Origin: Armatimonadia bacterium
GTDB lineage: Bacteria > Armatimonadota > Zipacnadia > Zipacnadales > JABUFB01
Direction of reading: 5' to 3'
Assembly: GCA_039679385.1 (NCBI GenBank)
Contig: JBDKVB010000168.1
Location: 334-64,333 of the forward strand
DNA length: 64,000 bases
Part shown: positions 36,866 through 46,822 of the stretch, piece after piece
Position numbering within the stretch: the first letter of the stretch is position 1
Layout: each line of letters begins with the position of its first letter
Made by a program: the position numbers and the translations under genes
The notes under the pieces: model-generated
Seen by the model: the letters and a program-made list of their open reading frames with translations, nothing else
Database searches by the model: none
Told to the model about the DNA's origin: nothing

Positions 36866-37630
36866 CTACGCGTCCGGCTGGGCGACCGAAGCGGCCTGCA
36901 GGGGCTTGCGCCCGACGGCGATCAGACTGGCACCGATCGGCAGGCCCCAGCGTGGGAGAAGGAAGGTCTCAAGGTCCTGGATCCACAGGAGCGGCTGGTT
37001 GAGCATGCACGGCAGCCTGGAGACCTGGGTGTGAGGTGCACGCGGTCGGTGCGGCACCAGCCGGCCCATCAGACGCGAGGCAACCACTACCGGGAACAAG
37101 AGACCGACACCATAGGTGAGTTTCGTGATCTCAAGGCCATGCACCTTCATCAGGTCGCGAATCTGGTGCTTCTCGTAGCGGCGGAAATGCGACAGGGCAA
37201 CATCGTGCTCACTCCAGAGCCACTGGAGAGCGGGGACGGAGATGACCGCGATGCCCCCGGGCTTGAGGACCCGCACCACCTCGGCGAACCCCACACTGTC
37301 TTCCTCAAGGTGCTCAAAGACGTCGCAGCAGATGGCGACGTCGAAGGCTTCGTCGTGGAAGGGCAGCGCCTCGGCGACACACTGGGTGAGTCGCTGATGT
37401 CCGCGCTGGCGGCAGAGCTGCAGGGCGTCCGTCGAGATGTCGGCACCGGTGAGGAGGCCGGTGTCCTGGAGGGCATCCAGGGTGCCGCCGGTACCGCAGC
37501 CGACGTCGACGATCTGCGGGTCAGGAGGACCGAAGCGCTGGACAAGTGCCTTGACCAGCCGCCGGCGCCCGATGAACCACCAGTAGGTATCCTCCAACTG
37601 GTACATCTTGTCGAGTTCTGATTTGCGCAT
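36866..37630 (-). CDS. class I SAM-dependent methyltransferase
   Basis: Motif I VDVGCGTGG. Motif post-I and DVAICCDVFEHL. Confidence 0.8.
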   Translation of the reverse strand: MRKSELDKMYQLEDTYWWFIGRRRLVKALVQRFGPPDPQIVDVGCGTGGTLDALQDTGLLTGADISTDALQLCRQRGHQRLTQCVAEALPFHDEAFDVAICCDVFEHLEEDSVGFAEVVRVLKPGGIAVISVPALQWLWSEHDVALSHFRRYEKHQIRDLMKVHGLEITKLTYGVGLLFPVVVASRLMGRLVPHRPRAPHTQVSRLPCMLNQPLLWIQDLETFLLPRWGLPIGASLIAVGRKPLQAASVAQPDA

Positions 37631-37788
37631 TCAGTGAGTGGGACCTCTGGCTTCGGGAGCCGGACTGGATACACACGGACCCTAAGAATAGGCTAGTCGG
37701 GGCGAAGTCGCAAGATCAGGCCGCAAAGCGGCCGTATCAGGAAGTGAGGCGAGAGGGAGAAGCGAGGTCGACGCGCAGATAAGCTATC

Positions 37789-37802
37789 GAACTTTCGTTT
37801 GA
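37789..37802. promoter_or_regulatory. LexA operator (Cheo-box-like) CGAACTTTCGTTTG
   Basis: GAAC-N4-GTTT is one mismatch from the GAAC-N4-GTTC consensus. It overlaps the -35 of the lexA promoter. Confidence 0.55.
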
Positions 37803-37827
37803 CTGTTGCGGCAAGATGTGGTAAAGT
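37799..37827 (+). promoter_or_regulatory. sigma-A type promoter of lexA (TTGACT-17 bp-TAAAGT)
   Basis: -35 TTGACT at 37799-37804, 17-nt spacer, -10 TAAAGT at 37822-37827. Lies about 54 bp upstream of the lexA ATG. Confidence 0.55.
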
Positions 37828-37880
37828 CTGGTGCAACTCAAGAGTGACTCGAGTAGCCGATCTGGGAGGCCGTGCCAACT

Positions 37881-38504
37881 ATGGCCGAGAAGCAGCTGTC
37901 CAGCCGTCGCAGGGAGATTCTGGATTTCATCGTTGCCACGACACGACAGCGAGGATACCCGCCGACGGTGCGTGAGATTGGCGAAGCGGTTGGGCTCAAG
38001 TCGAGCTCCACGGTGCATTTCCACCTCAACGTATTGCAGAAGATGGGGCTCATCGAGCGTGACGGGTCGCTGACGAGGGCGATTCGGGCACGAGACACGT
38101 CCTCGGATCAGCCCACGCTTCCGGCCCGTGGGGTTCGCTATGCTCCACTGGTTGGTCGAGTGGCAGCGGGGGAACCGATCTTCGCTGCAGAGAACATCGA
38201 GGACACCTTCACCTTGCCGGCGGAGCTGTTCCCGGATGGCGAACTGTTCGTGCTTGAGGTGAAGGGGACAAGCATGATTGAGGACGGCATCCTCAGCGGA
38301 GACCTGGTCGTGGTGCAACGACAGGAGACGGCGCAGAATGGCGAGATCGTGGTCGCGCTGCTGGACGATGAGGCGACCGTCAAGCGGTTCTACCGCCACG
38401 ACGGCGAGATCGAGTTGCGGCCGGCGAACTCGACGATGGAGCCGATCTTCGCTCAACGTGTAGCGCTGCTTGGTAGGGTACGGGGCGTGATTCGCAGGAT
38501 CTAG
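37881..38504 (+). CDS. lexA: SOS-response repressor LexA
   Basis: N-terminal wHTH GYPPTVREIGEAVGLKSSSTVHFHL. Cleavage site AAG at PLVGRVAAGEPI. S24 peptidase Ser and Lys motifs GTSMI and KRF. Confidence 0.9.
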   Translation: MAEKQLSSRRREILDFIVATTRQRGYPPTVREIGEAVGLKSSSTVHFHLNVLQKMGLIERDGSLTRAIRARDTSSDQPTLPARGVRYAPLVGRVAAGEPIFAAENIEDTFTLPAELFPDGELFVLEVKGTSMIEDGILSGDLVVVQRQETAQNGEIVVALLDDEATVKRFYRHDGEIELRPANSTMEPIFAQRVALLGRVRGVIRRI

Positions 38505-39925
38505 GAGCCAGGGAGGTCGGCCGGAGCAGGCAGGTCCTCACCGAGGGGCTTGACGACGAGCACGGTGCGGTCATCATCGTCGGCGGTCAGGCTGAAGCGT
38601 GCGGAAGCCTCCATGAGGTCGTCGGCGATGCTCTGGGCGGAGTTGGCGGCTTTGGTGCGAGTGCAAGTGACGACGCGGTCAGGGCCGAACTCCTCGCCGG
38701 AACGGTCGCGAGCCTCAGCGATGCCGTCGGTGTAGCAGAGGAGCACATCGCCAGGGGTGAAGGAGACGATGCGCTGCTGGTAGCGGGGCTGCCGCTTCGC
38801 GCCGATGACAATGCCTTTGGTGGAGAGCTCAATGGTCTCGCCGTCAGCGCGCAGGAGATAGGGCGGAAGGTGGCCGCAGTTGGTGAAGGTCAGGGTCTGT
38901 GCGGCCGTGTTGATGACGCCGATGAAGAGGGCTGCGTAGGCGTCGGGTTGCAGGGCGTCGTAGACGTTGCTGTTGATGAGCTCAGCGATCTCGGCCGGCT
39001 CGGCGGCCGTACGACTTGCGGCATGCAGATGTGAGTGGACCAGGGAGAGGTGGAAGAGCCCGTAGACGCTTTTGCCGGCCATGTCGCCGATGCACACGAG
39101 CACGGCGTCCTTGTGGAGGGTGGCGACATCATAGAGGTCTCCGCCGACCACACGGGCTGGATGGAAGCTGATGCCGATCTCGAAGCCGTCAGGACTTGGG
39201 ACCGTGGCGGGTAGCATGGACTGCTGAAGATGGCGCGCCAGGGCCATTTCGTGGGAAAGCCGGGTAGAGTAAGCGCGCTCGCGGTCACGGGCGAGGACCA
39301 CGTAGGAGGCTGTGACCGCCATCAGGATGAGCACCGGGGTCTGGCCGCCGATCAGCAGCTCGAGGCCAAACGTGAGGTGCTCGCAGATGACTCCGTACAT
39401 GACGGCGGCGATGACGGCGGTGATCAAGGCGCCGGTGCGGCGGAACCAGATGGCGGCCACGACGATGATCAGGTAGTACATCGCCACCATCCAGTCGCGC
39501 TGGTAGGGTATGTCCTCGAAGGAAGAGATGGCGGAGGTCGTTAGCGACAGATCCACAAGAAGGGCGAGTTGACGTCTCAGGGGCAGACGGCGGCCACGCA
39601 GGTAGAAGGCGAACAGGGCAAGGTTGAAGGTGGCGGCTACGACCAGCATCAACTGGACGAAGGTGGCCTCCTGGAGCGGCACTCGAAGTGCGTAGGGCGT
39701 GAGAGCGAAGGCGAGAATGAAGGCGGTGCGGACGAGAGCGACCGCGATGTCGGATTCGTCGGTTGCGTCCCAGTCAAGCAGGCCGGTCGGTCGTTGGGAG
39801 CGGAGCTGTCGCAAGAAGGTCACCTCCCGTTCAGAAAGGATTCGCGGGTGTCCGTGTTGAACCGCCCTCTGTCTCGGTCTTCTGTAAAGTGTCCGAAGAG
39901 AGCGACGGGTGTGCTGCGGGTCCAT
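38501..39925 (-). CDS. membrane-anchored PP2C-family serine phosphatase (SpoIIE/RsbU-like)
   Basis: N-terminal about 5 TM segments. PP2C motifs VVGGDLYD, CIGDMAGKS and YTDGIAEA. Its 3' end overlaps lexA by 4 nt (convergent). Confidence 0.75.
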   Translation of the reverse strand: MDPQHTRRSLRTLYRRPRQRAVQHGHPRILSEREVTFLRQLRSQRPTGLLDWDATDESDIAVALVRTAFILAFALTPYALRVPLQEATFVQLMLVVAATFNLALFAFYLRGRRLPLRRQLALLVDLSLTTSAISSFEDIPYQRDWMVAMYYLIIVVAAIWFRRTGALITAVIAAVMYGVICEHLTFGLELLIGGQTPVLILMAVTASYVVLARDRERAYSTRLSHEMALARHLQQSMLPATVPSPDGFEIGISFHPARVVGGDLYDVATLHKDAVLVCIGDMAGKSVYGLFHLSLVHSHLHAASRTAAEPAEIAELINSNVYDALQPDAYAALFIGVINTAAQTLTFTNCGHLPPYLLRADGETIELSTKGIVIGAKRQPRYQQRIVSFTPGDVLLCYTDGIAEARDRSGEEFGPDRVVTCTRTKAANSAQSIADDLMEASARFSLTADDDDRTVLVVKPLGEDLPAPADLPGS

Positions 39926-40002
39926 ACGTCCTTTCGTCGCGCGAGCGTCGGAACCCTTTCTCGGGCCATGTTAACAAGCCTGTGTCACCGGGGGTGCTGA
40001 CA

Positions 40003-40662
40003 ATGTCGGACCCTCTGGTGTACCGTCGCCAACGTCAGGCGATGGTTGAGATGCAACTTGAGTCTCGGGGCATCCGAGCTCCGAAGGTCTTGGCGGCGTT
40101 TCGGAGCGTACCCCGGCATGAGTTCGTCGTCCCCGGCGATGAGCCGGTGGCCTATCAGGACCGAGCGCTGCCGATCGGATGGGGCCAGACGATCTCGCAG
40201 CCCTTCATGGTTGCGTACATGCTGGAGATGCTGGCGGTTGAGCCGCACCATCAGGTTCTGGAGGTCGGTGCGGGCTCAGGTTACCAGGCAGCGCTGCTCG
40301 GACAGATTGCCTCCGAGGTGTATTCGATCGAGATCGTGGGTGAGTTGGCCTTGCGTGCCGAGGCGACGGTGAGTCGTCTGGGCTACGCGAACGTCTACAT
40401 TGTGCAGGGCGACGGTTCATTGGGATACGCAGCGCAGGCGCCCTACGATCGGATCGTTGTCGCGGCGGGTGCGCCAGCCATACCCGAGCCCCTGGTCAGC
40501 CAGCTTGTAGAAGGCGGCCGGCTGGTGATCCCGCTCGGGGACCGCGGTCTTCAGACCTGCATGGTCGGTGTCAAGCGAGAGGGCGAGTTGGTGGTAGAGC
40601 GCGGCATCGGTTGTGTGTTCGTGCCGCTGGTGGGCGAGAAGGGCTGGCGGGCGGCCTGTTGA
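40003..40662 (+). CDS. pcm: protein-L-isoaspartate O-methyltransferase
   Basis: PRHEFVP, GWGQTISQPFMVA and VLEVGAGSGYQAA match Pcm motifs. Confidence 0.85.
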   Translation: MSDPLVYRRQRQAMVEMQLESRGIRAPKVLAAFRSVPRHEFVVPGDEPVAYQDRALPIGWGQTISQPFMVAYMLEMLAVEPHHQVLEVGAGSGYQAALLGQIASEVYSIEIVGELALRAEATVSRLGYANVYIVQGDGSLGYAAQAPYDRIVVAAGAPAIPEPLVSQLVEGGRLVIPLGDRGLQTCMVGVKREGELVVERGIGCVFVPLVGEKGWRAAC

Positions 40663-40750
40663 GTTAGTTGGGCTGCCTCCGAGGGCCGCCCTTTTCCAGG
40701 TACTTGGACATGCCAGAAGCCAGAATGCGTCGAGAAGGTTGGTAGCGCCT

Positions 40751-41542
40751 ATGTCTTCAGCACCTGCGCCACGGTATGGGTTCCGGACCGCCGGGTACCG
40801 GAACCGTTCGTTACAGGAGGCCTTTGAGTCCCTGGCTGGGGTGGGCTATCGTGGGGTTGAGATCTGCCTGGAGCATCCCGAGGCCAGGCCGGAGAAGATG
40901 ACGGTCGCTTCGGCCGAGGCTCTCGCGGGCCTTGCGCGGGAGGCGGGGCTTGAGACTGCCAGCGTCAGCTACCATGCTGATGCGGAGCCAGACGAGCCGC
41001 GTTCGGAGAACCAGCTTCGCGCTGTCGGTCTGACTCGTCCTCTGGGCGCGGAGGTCCTCATTCTCAATGCGCGGAAGGCTCGTCCCGGCGAGGAGCAGGC
41101 GCAGTGGGATGGGTTGCGTCGGACGCTGGAGGGGCTGCTACCCCGGGCAGAGGTGGAAGGTGTGACCGTGGCGCTGGAGCCTGAGCCTGGCCACTTCCTC
41201 AACTCGTCGGCTGACATGGGGAGGCTTCTGGCCGAGGTGTCGCATCCGAATCTGGGCGTGAACCTTGACGTGGGCCACGCCTTTGTGACGGACGAGGAAG
41301 TGACCGAGAGCATCCGGTCGCTGGGCAGCTCGATCGTTCACACACACCTGGAGGGGATGCCGGCAGGAGTGCATCGACATCTCGTTCCGGGGGAGGGCGA
41401 CCTCGACCTGGTGGCAGTGCACAAGGCGCTGGAGGAGATCGGCTACACGGGCTACTACACGGTGGATCTGTTTGACATCGCGGACGACCCCGAGGGGGCC
41501 GCACGACGTAGCCTCGAGGCGCTTCGCCGGCTGCTTGGTTGA
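40751..41542 (+). CDS. sugar phosphate isomerase/epimerase (xylose isomerase-like TIM barrel)
   Basis: GYRGVEI and LEPEPGHF with DVGHAF are typical AP endonuclease 2/xylose isomerase-like fold motifs. Confidence 0.65.
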   Translation: MSSAPAPRYGFRTAGYRNRSLQEAFESLAGVGYRGVEICLEHPEARPEKMTVASAEALAGLAREAGLETASVSYHADAEPDEPRSENQLRAVGLTRPLGAEVLILNARKARPGEEQAQWDGLRRTLEGLLPRAEVEGVTVALEPEPGHFLNSSADMGRLLAEVSHPNLGVNLDVGHAFVTDEEVTESIRSLGSSIVHTHLEGMPAGVHRHLVPGEGDLDLVAVHKALEEIGYTGYYTVDLFDIADDPEGAARRSLEALRRLLG

Positions 41543-42333
41543 CAACGGTGGAACAGTTTCCCTACGACGCCCACACCCATACGGTCTTTTCGGACGGAGT
41601 GAACACGGTCGAGGAGAACGTGCGCGCTGCGGAGGCGGCCGGGCTGCGTTGCGTGGCTGTGACCGATCACCTGATGCCGGACTCGAACCATGAGCGCCTC
41701 GAAGTTTGGGCGGCGGAGGCGTGCCGGCTGGATGGTGAGAGCTCGATCATGGTGGTGCCCGGCGTCGAGGGGACGATTCTCGATACCGAGGGAACTGTGA
41801 GCGTGGACGCGCGGGAGGCCACACTGGTGAAGCTGGTGCTGGTCGACCTGAGTCGCCACACTCGGGGCATTGGCTATGACCCACCGGCGAACTCGCGACG
41901 CTACGAGCAGCAGGTTCTGGCAGCAGTGACGAACGCGGCGCTGAACCCGGTGGTGGACGCGATCGCGCACCCCTTCAACCTGGGGCGGTTCGATGCGGTG
42001 CTGACGCCGGATCAACTGTCTCGTGAGGGTCTGCGAGAGGTCGCCCGGGTGATGGCCGAGAGCAATGTGGCCTTTGAGATCATGAACCAGGCGTACTGGT
42101 GGTACCCGCAGATGACGGTGGCGGAGTTCACCCGTGAGTACGCCCGGTTGCTGCGGCTCTTCGCGCGAGAGGGCGTCAAGTTCATGGTGGGCAGTGACGC
42201 GCATTCGGCGGGAGCTGTGGGATGCCTCCACTACTGTAGGACGCTGATGCGTGAGGCGGGGATTGAGTTGTCGCAACTGGTCAACCTGGAACGGATGGCC
42301 GCCGCACGAAGCACGCACACGATCAGTCCGTGA
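41539..42333 (+). CDS. PHP-domain phosphoesterase
   Basis: DAHTHTVFSDG is the PHP motif I. VGSDAHS near the C-terminus. TTG or GTG start overlapping the upstream stop. Confidence 0.7.
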   Translation: MTTVEQFPYDAHTHTVFSDGVNTVEENVRAAEAAGLRCVAVTDHLMPDSNHERLEVWAAEACRLDGESSIMVVPGVEGTILDTEGTVSVDAREATLVKLVLVDLSRHTRGIGYDPPANSRRYEQQVLAAVTNAALNPVVDAIAHPFNLGRFDAVLTPDQLSREGLREVARVMAESNVAFEIMNQAYWWYPQMTVAEFTREYARLLRLFAREGVKFMVGSDAHSAGAVGCLHYCRTLMREAGIELSQLVNLERMAAARSTHTISP

Positions 42334-42474
42334 CGCACCGTTCTTGAGGCCCTGGCGGCGTCGGAGTGTGTGGCCGCCGACGGCCAGCTCAGCACCCGCG
42401 TGGGGAAGGAGCTCCAGTCGGGTCTTTGAGGAGAGAGCCGTCTGTTTCCCCGGGGGGCACAACAGAGGTGGACA

Positions 42475-42927
42475 GTGCCCGAGATTCTGCTTGAGAGCGA
42501 TCGGCCCATACTGCGCATCGGCGCCGTTGCGGAGATACTGCACGTGCATGCTCGGACGCTTCGGCTCTATGAGGAGCGCGGGCTAGTGGCGCCGGCTCGG
42601 AAGCGCGGGCAGCGGCAGTACAGCCGAAATGACGTGGTCTGGCTCAACTGCCTGCGGCAACTGCTTCACGAGGACGGGTACAGCCTGAATGCGATCCCCA
42701 AGCTGCTCGAATTCGTGCCTTGCTGGGAGCTGCGGGGGTGCCCACGGGAGGTCTATCAGTCCTGCACGGCGGCGCGGGAGCGTCGCCTGGAGTGCTGGGA
42801 GGTCTTGGAGCGAGTATGCCGCAACGGCCGGGGGGTCTGTTCAGAGTGCCCGATCGCAGCGAGTGTGCGGGAGGAGGCACCAGAGCAGGTTGGCTCGGGC
42901 GTTGAGGAAGGCAGAGGGACAGGCTAG
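42475..42927 (+). CDS. MerR-family transcriptional regulator with Cys-rich C-terminal domain
   Basis: GTG start with GAGGTGG RBS. HTH LRIGAVAEILHVHARTLRLYEERGL. C-terminal PCWELRGCP...C...CW...CRNGRGVCSECP carries 8 Cys. Confidence 0.7.
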   Translation: MPEILLESDRPILRIGAVAEILHVHARTLRLYEERGLVAPARKRGQRQYSRNDVVWLNCLRQLLHEDGYSLNAIPKLLEFVPCWELRGCPREVYQSCTAARERRLECWEVLERVCRNGRGVCSECPIAASVREEAPEQVGSGVEEGRGTG

Positions 42928-43100
42928 CAGACCGGAGGGGTATAGCAGTCGCCGGTCGAGAGGCCATGAGCGCCGGCGCGACGAAGCCATGTTGCGGGGT
43001 CGCTGAGGGCGAGGCCGCTACCGAGGGGTCAGTGCCAAAAGGGAGAGGGGCTGCGTGAGGGTCTGGGCAAGGGAATCCTGCGGACAGATCGAGACCGACT

Positions 43101-43835
43101 GTGAGATACGCAGTGCTCTCGGATGTTCATGCGAACCTGCCGGCGCTGGAGGCGGTGCTGGCACGCCTGGAGGCTGAAAGGCCCGACGGGCTCCTGTGCC
43201 TTGGAGATTGCGTGGGGTATGGCGCGCAACCAAATGAATGCGTGGCGCTGCTGATCGAGCATCAGGCTATCGCTGTCCGCGGGAATCACGATGTGGCAGC
43301 GGTGGAGAGCGGCAAGGAGCAGTGGTTTACTGAGGGGGCACGTCGGTGTATCCTGTGGACAAGGGAGCAGTTACAGCCACAGGTACACGACTATCTGAGC
43401 GGGCTGCCGGACACTCTTGAGGCTGACGGGGCACAGCTTTGTCATGGCGCGCCCTTTGATCCGGACTACTACGTACTGACGGAGGCGGATGCCGAGATGG
43501 CGCTTGAGGCAAGTGAGAGGCGCCTGGTGTTCGTCGGGCATACGCATTGTGCTGAGTGGTACACGGCTGGCGCTGGGGGCACGCGTCCGGTGCTTTTCCC
43601 GGCGTCGTCGGGCGGGACCCTGGTCATGGAACCGGGGAAAGGGTATGTCGTGAACCCGGGGGCAGTGGGGCAGCCGAGAGACGGGAACTCGATGGCTGCC
43701 TATGCGGTCTGGGACACGGAAGCGGCGACGATCAGACTACATCGCGTGCCGTACAACATCCGAGCAGCACAGGAGGAGATCATCAGAGCGGGTCTGCCGG
43801 CGATGATGTCGGCGCGCCTCGTAGTCGGAGCATAG
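43101..43835 (+). CDS. metallophosphoesterase (YfcE/MJ0936-like)
   Basis: VLSDVHAN, GDCVGYG and GNHD are calcineurin-like motifs. Confidence 0.8.
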   Translation: MRYAVLSDVHANLPALEAVLARLEAERPDGLLCLGDCVGYGAQPNECVALLIEHQAIAVRGNHDVAAVESGKEQWFTEGARRCILWTREQLQPQVHDYLSGLPDTLEADGAQLCHGAPFDPDYYVLTEADAEMALEASERRLVFVGHTHCAEWYTAGAGGTRPVLFPASSGGTLVMEPGKGYVVNPGAVGQPRDGNSMAAYAVWDTEAATIRLHRVPYNIRAAQEEIIRAGLPAMMSARLVVGA

Positions 43836-43907
43836 GACGGGAGGGTCTCAGGGAACAGCCTGTTTCAACAACGTGCGGGCCGTACAACGCCAACAGAGGT
43901 GATCTGT

Positions 43908-44156
43908 ATGCCGCTGGAGGACAAAGCAACCCGTCGGTTGGTGGAGCGCGAGATCTCGAAGCATCCTATTGACTACAGCCTGTTGGTGGTGAGCGTCATC
44001 AACGGAGTGTGCACCTTCAGCGGGCGCGTCTCCCCGCTTCGCGGCGCGATTGCGAGGGGCGTCAACGTGAAGGAAGAGGTGCGCAAGGTGGCGGACTCTG
44101 TGCGTCTCATTCGCGGCATCAACGAGGTCGTCATAGACCTAGCCTACGACTTATAG
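43908..44156 (+). CDS. BON-domain protein
   Basis: VSVINGVCTFSGRVSPLRGAIARGVNVKEEVRKVADSVRLIRGINEVVIDL is BON-like. ATG at 43908 with GAGGTG 7 nt upstream. Confidence 0.5.
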   Translation: MPLEDKATRRLVEREISKHPIDYSLLVVSVINGVCTFSGRVSPLRGAIARGVNVKEEVRKVADSVRLIRGINEVVIDLAYDL

Positions 44157-44172
44157 GTCAGGGAGAACGACA

Positions 44173-44222
44173 GCGGCCCGACAGCCTTCGCGCGGAGGGG
44201 GAATCGCGCGCTGTGTCGGGCC
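44173..44222. terminator. imperfect hairpin between convergent genes
   Basis: GCGGCCCGACAGC ... GCTGTGTCGGGCCG with a 2-nt bulge. Confidence 0.3.
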
Positions 44223-44229
44223 GTTGCTG

Positions 44230-45033
44230 CTATTCGGCCTGAGCCTTGAGTGCCGTGACCCACTGGGCGGCCGTGTCGCGGAAGCGTTCGTCAGGATGCT
44301 TGTCGGCCATGAACTGGATGGCCTTGACATCCCTGGCGTCGGCGAAGGCCTGGAAGTTGCGTCCCATCTCGCGGGCGAAGGTCTCGGCGACCTGGGTAAG
44401 CAGCGCCATGTGACAGACTTCGATGATGTCCTCGGTGCGCAAGGCCCGAACGAGTCGCGCGACGGTGATGGGCTCGTTGGCTACCTTGAGGGCTGCTGTG
44501 CGACGCGTCTCTTCCCAAGCTGAGGAGCGGGCGATGGCGACCATGGCATTGGCGGCTGCCTCAGAGGTCGGCATCTTCGCGGCGATGTTGTCGACGATGT
44601 ACTGACGGATGGGGTCGCGGTCCATGGCGGCCTCACGACCCATTGCGCTGGCGCGGGTCATGTCGGCCGACTTGGACATTTCCTCGATGTCGGAGAGGAT
44701 GTAGTCGGGCACACCTCTGGCGCCTTCCTCGGAGTCCACATCGCGGAAGATACGTCGCGACACGCCGCCGCCGCCGGTTGCGCCCTCTCCGGGCCGTCGA
44801 GGCTGGCGGCGCAGACAGGCGGCCACAGCCAGGGGCTCGTACATCTCCTTCTGGACAAGCTGCTTGGCCAGTTGGCGGGCGGAGATCTCCGCGGCCGATA
44901 CTAGGAGACGCGAAAGCAGATCCGAGTCCCCCTCAGCCACAACCGCCTCGATCTTCTCCTCCAGTTGCCAGCCCGTGCCCTCGACGATGGTACCGATAAC
45001 CGGGCCATGCTTGACAAGCTCTTGTAGCGTCAT
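44230..45033 (-). CDS. hypothetical protein (helical, soluble)
   Basis: 267-aa ORF with coding-like composition. ATG at 45033. No family recognised. Confidence 0.45.
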   Translation of the reverse strand: MTLQELVKHGPVIGTIVEGTGWQLEEKIEAVVAEGDSDLLSRLLVSAAEISARQLAKQLVQKEMYEPLAVAACLRRQPRRPGEGATGGGGVSRRIFRDVDSEEGARGVPDYILSDIEEMSKSADMTRASAMGREAAMDRDPIRQYIVDNIAAKMPTSEAAANAMVAIARSSAWEETRRTAALKVANEPITVARLVRALRTEDIIEVCHMALLTQVAETFAREMGRNFQAFADARDVKAIQFMADKHPDERFRDTAAQWVTALKAQAE

Positions 45034-45146
45034 TGGATCACCCATCCGGGCGTGTGCGCTGCACGACGCCATGCAGTTCATAGTGTACGTGGTGATTATA
45101 GGCTGCCGGTCAAGCGGCGAAGCACGCCGCCGGCGGCCCTGCGGTG

Positions 45147-46592
45147 CTACTGTCCAGACTGGCTGTCGAAGTGGTCGGCAAGGGCATAGGCGTTGGTGTT
45201 CAGCGCCTTCATGCAGTCCAGCAAGGGTGGATAGCCCTCGTAGCGGAGATTCACGATCCCTTTGTTCGAGTCCCGGTTGGAGGGGTCGGTGGAGAGGTCT
45301 TCGGGATCGTTGTCCATGTACTTGAACCAGTGCCAGCCTACGCAGACACGCGACCTCAGGAGAGCCAGCGTGTAGTTTTGGTAGAAGAGACCGCGGTCCT
45401 CCTGCGTCGGCACGATCCAGCCGGCGCCGGTAGTGTTCTTGAGGCCGGGCACGTCGTTACCCTTGGTGTACCACTCGGTGATGATCACGGGCCTGCCGGA
45501 CCAGTTCACCCAGTTCGTGAGGTCCTTCTCGAGAGGCGTCCAGACTCCGTAGTAGTTGACGGAGACGACGTTGAGGTACTTGCCGGCCGCCTGGAATACC
45601 GCGGGGCTTGTCTTCTCGGCGCCATGGAAGCGCGATCCCAGGCACAGGTGATTGGGGTCGTACCTGCGGATGGCACGGGTCGTGATATCGAAGTAGCGGT
45701 CGGCCACGTAGCCCCGGAAGGCATCGCGGTCCTCGTCCGTGAGGGGCATCGTCGGGTCGTCGGAGCCCTTGCGCTTTGCAAGCCACTCCCGCGCGGCCTG
45801 GCAGTTCGGCGCCATGTCACGGTTGCGGGGGTCGAGCTTCAGGTTGCGGTCGAGGAGGTCCCTGGGGAAGGGCATCTCGTTGTCGGAGAAGTGCCCCAGG
45901 CACCAGGGATCGTCTTTGTAGGCCGCCAGGCCACGGGCGAGGTCGTTGCAGAAAGCCTCGAACTGGGGATGGAACACCGGGATGCAGTCGTCCACATAGC
46001 CCGTGTGTCCGGGCTGGACATGGGTGAGCTTGCGGGACTTCGCGAAGGCGCTCATGAAGTTCCAGATGCAGGTGTACAGCACGGGAGTTGGGGACTTGCG
46101 GATCAGGTCGGCGCTGCTCCAGGCCCCGGCTCCGTTGAAGGCGTGGGAGCGCAGCATCTGAGTGGTTGCTGCGGCCCATTTGGTCTCATCGCCGAAACGC
46201 TCGCGCAGGGCGAGGGTGTTCGCGCGTGACCGGCCGGGGCTCACCGAAACGACTGCGATATGGAGCAGCGGGCAGCCTGCCGGGTCAACCAGCCACCAGC
46301 GGTCGCCGAGCTTCGTCACATAGGTGAAGCCGCGCGCCTCCTGCCGCAGGTCGAGCCGCCCGCCATACTCGCTGAGAGGGATCTTGGCAGCGCCCGGAAT
46401 GAGCCCGGCGACGCCCTGCAGGGGGAGTGTCTGGTACTCCTTCCAGGGCTGGTCGACTTTGGTCTTGGCGCGGACGAGTACGAACTGGTCCAACATCGGG
46501 GTACCCTCCTCACGCGGCTGACACGAAGCGACAGTGGCAGCCATCAGTCCCACCAGCATCACAGCGGCGCTACGCAACAGTGATCTCCCCAT
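45147..46592 (-). CDS. lipoprotein, clan GH-A (GH5-like) TIM-barrel glycoside hydrolase
   Basis: Lipobox LMAATVASC. Acid/base-type motif HFSDNEMPF. Nucleophile-type motif IITEWY. Paralog of 53212-55209 (shared RWWLVDP, G.H.F.YMD.D). Confidence 0.6.
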   Translation of the reverse strand: MGRSLLRSAAVMLVGLMAATVASCQPREEGTPMLDQFVLVRAKTKVDQPWKEYQTLPLQGVAGLIPGAAKIPLSEYGGRLDLRQEARGFTYVTKLGDRWWLVDPAGCPLLHIAVVSVSPGRSRANTLALRERFGDETKWAAATTQMLRSHAFNGAGAWSSADLIRKSPTPVLYTCIWNFMSAFAKSRKLTHVQPGHTGYVDDCIPVFHPQFEAFCNDLARGLAAYKDDPWCLGHFSDNEMPFPRDLLDRNLKLDPRNRDMAPNCQAAREWLAKRKGSDDPTMPLTDEDRDAFRGYVADRYFDITTRAIRRYDPNHLCLGSRFHGAEKTSPAVFQAAGKYLNVVSVNYYGVWTPLEKDLTNWVNWSGRPVIITEWYTKGNDVPGLKNTTGAGWIVPTQEDRGLFYQNYTLALLRSRVCVGWHWFKYMDNDPEDLSTDPSNRDSNKGIVNLRYEGYPPLLDCMKALNTNAYALADHFDSQSGQ

Positions 46593-46822
46593 GGTGGGAT
46601 AGGTTCTCCAGCGAGGAACAGAAACCTTCCTGGATGGCGATTCGTGACCGCTCGGGCGGCAAAGCAGGAGTTCGTAGTGTGCGGGCTGGAGGTTTGACTC
46701 CGGCCACCGGGGCAGTTACCATAGGCGCCGGAGTCCAAGGGCTCCGCGTGGTGTGCGGCGTGGGCAGGCATCTTGAGGGCTGTCGGTGGGGTTCGCCGAG
46801 GAGCCCTGGGAGACGAGAATCC

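Noticed and set aside
46427-46822. 5' extensions of the QueG-like ORF (46427) and the U32-like ORF (47659)
   Set aside because: They overlap upstream genes. Homology-supported N-termini and RBS-preceded GTG starts lie at 46823 and 47905.
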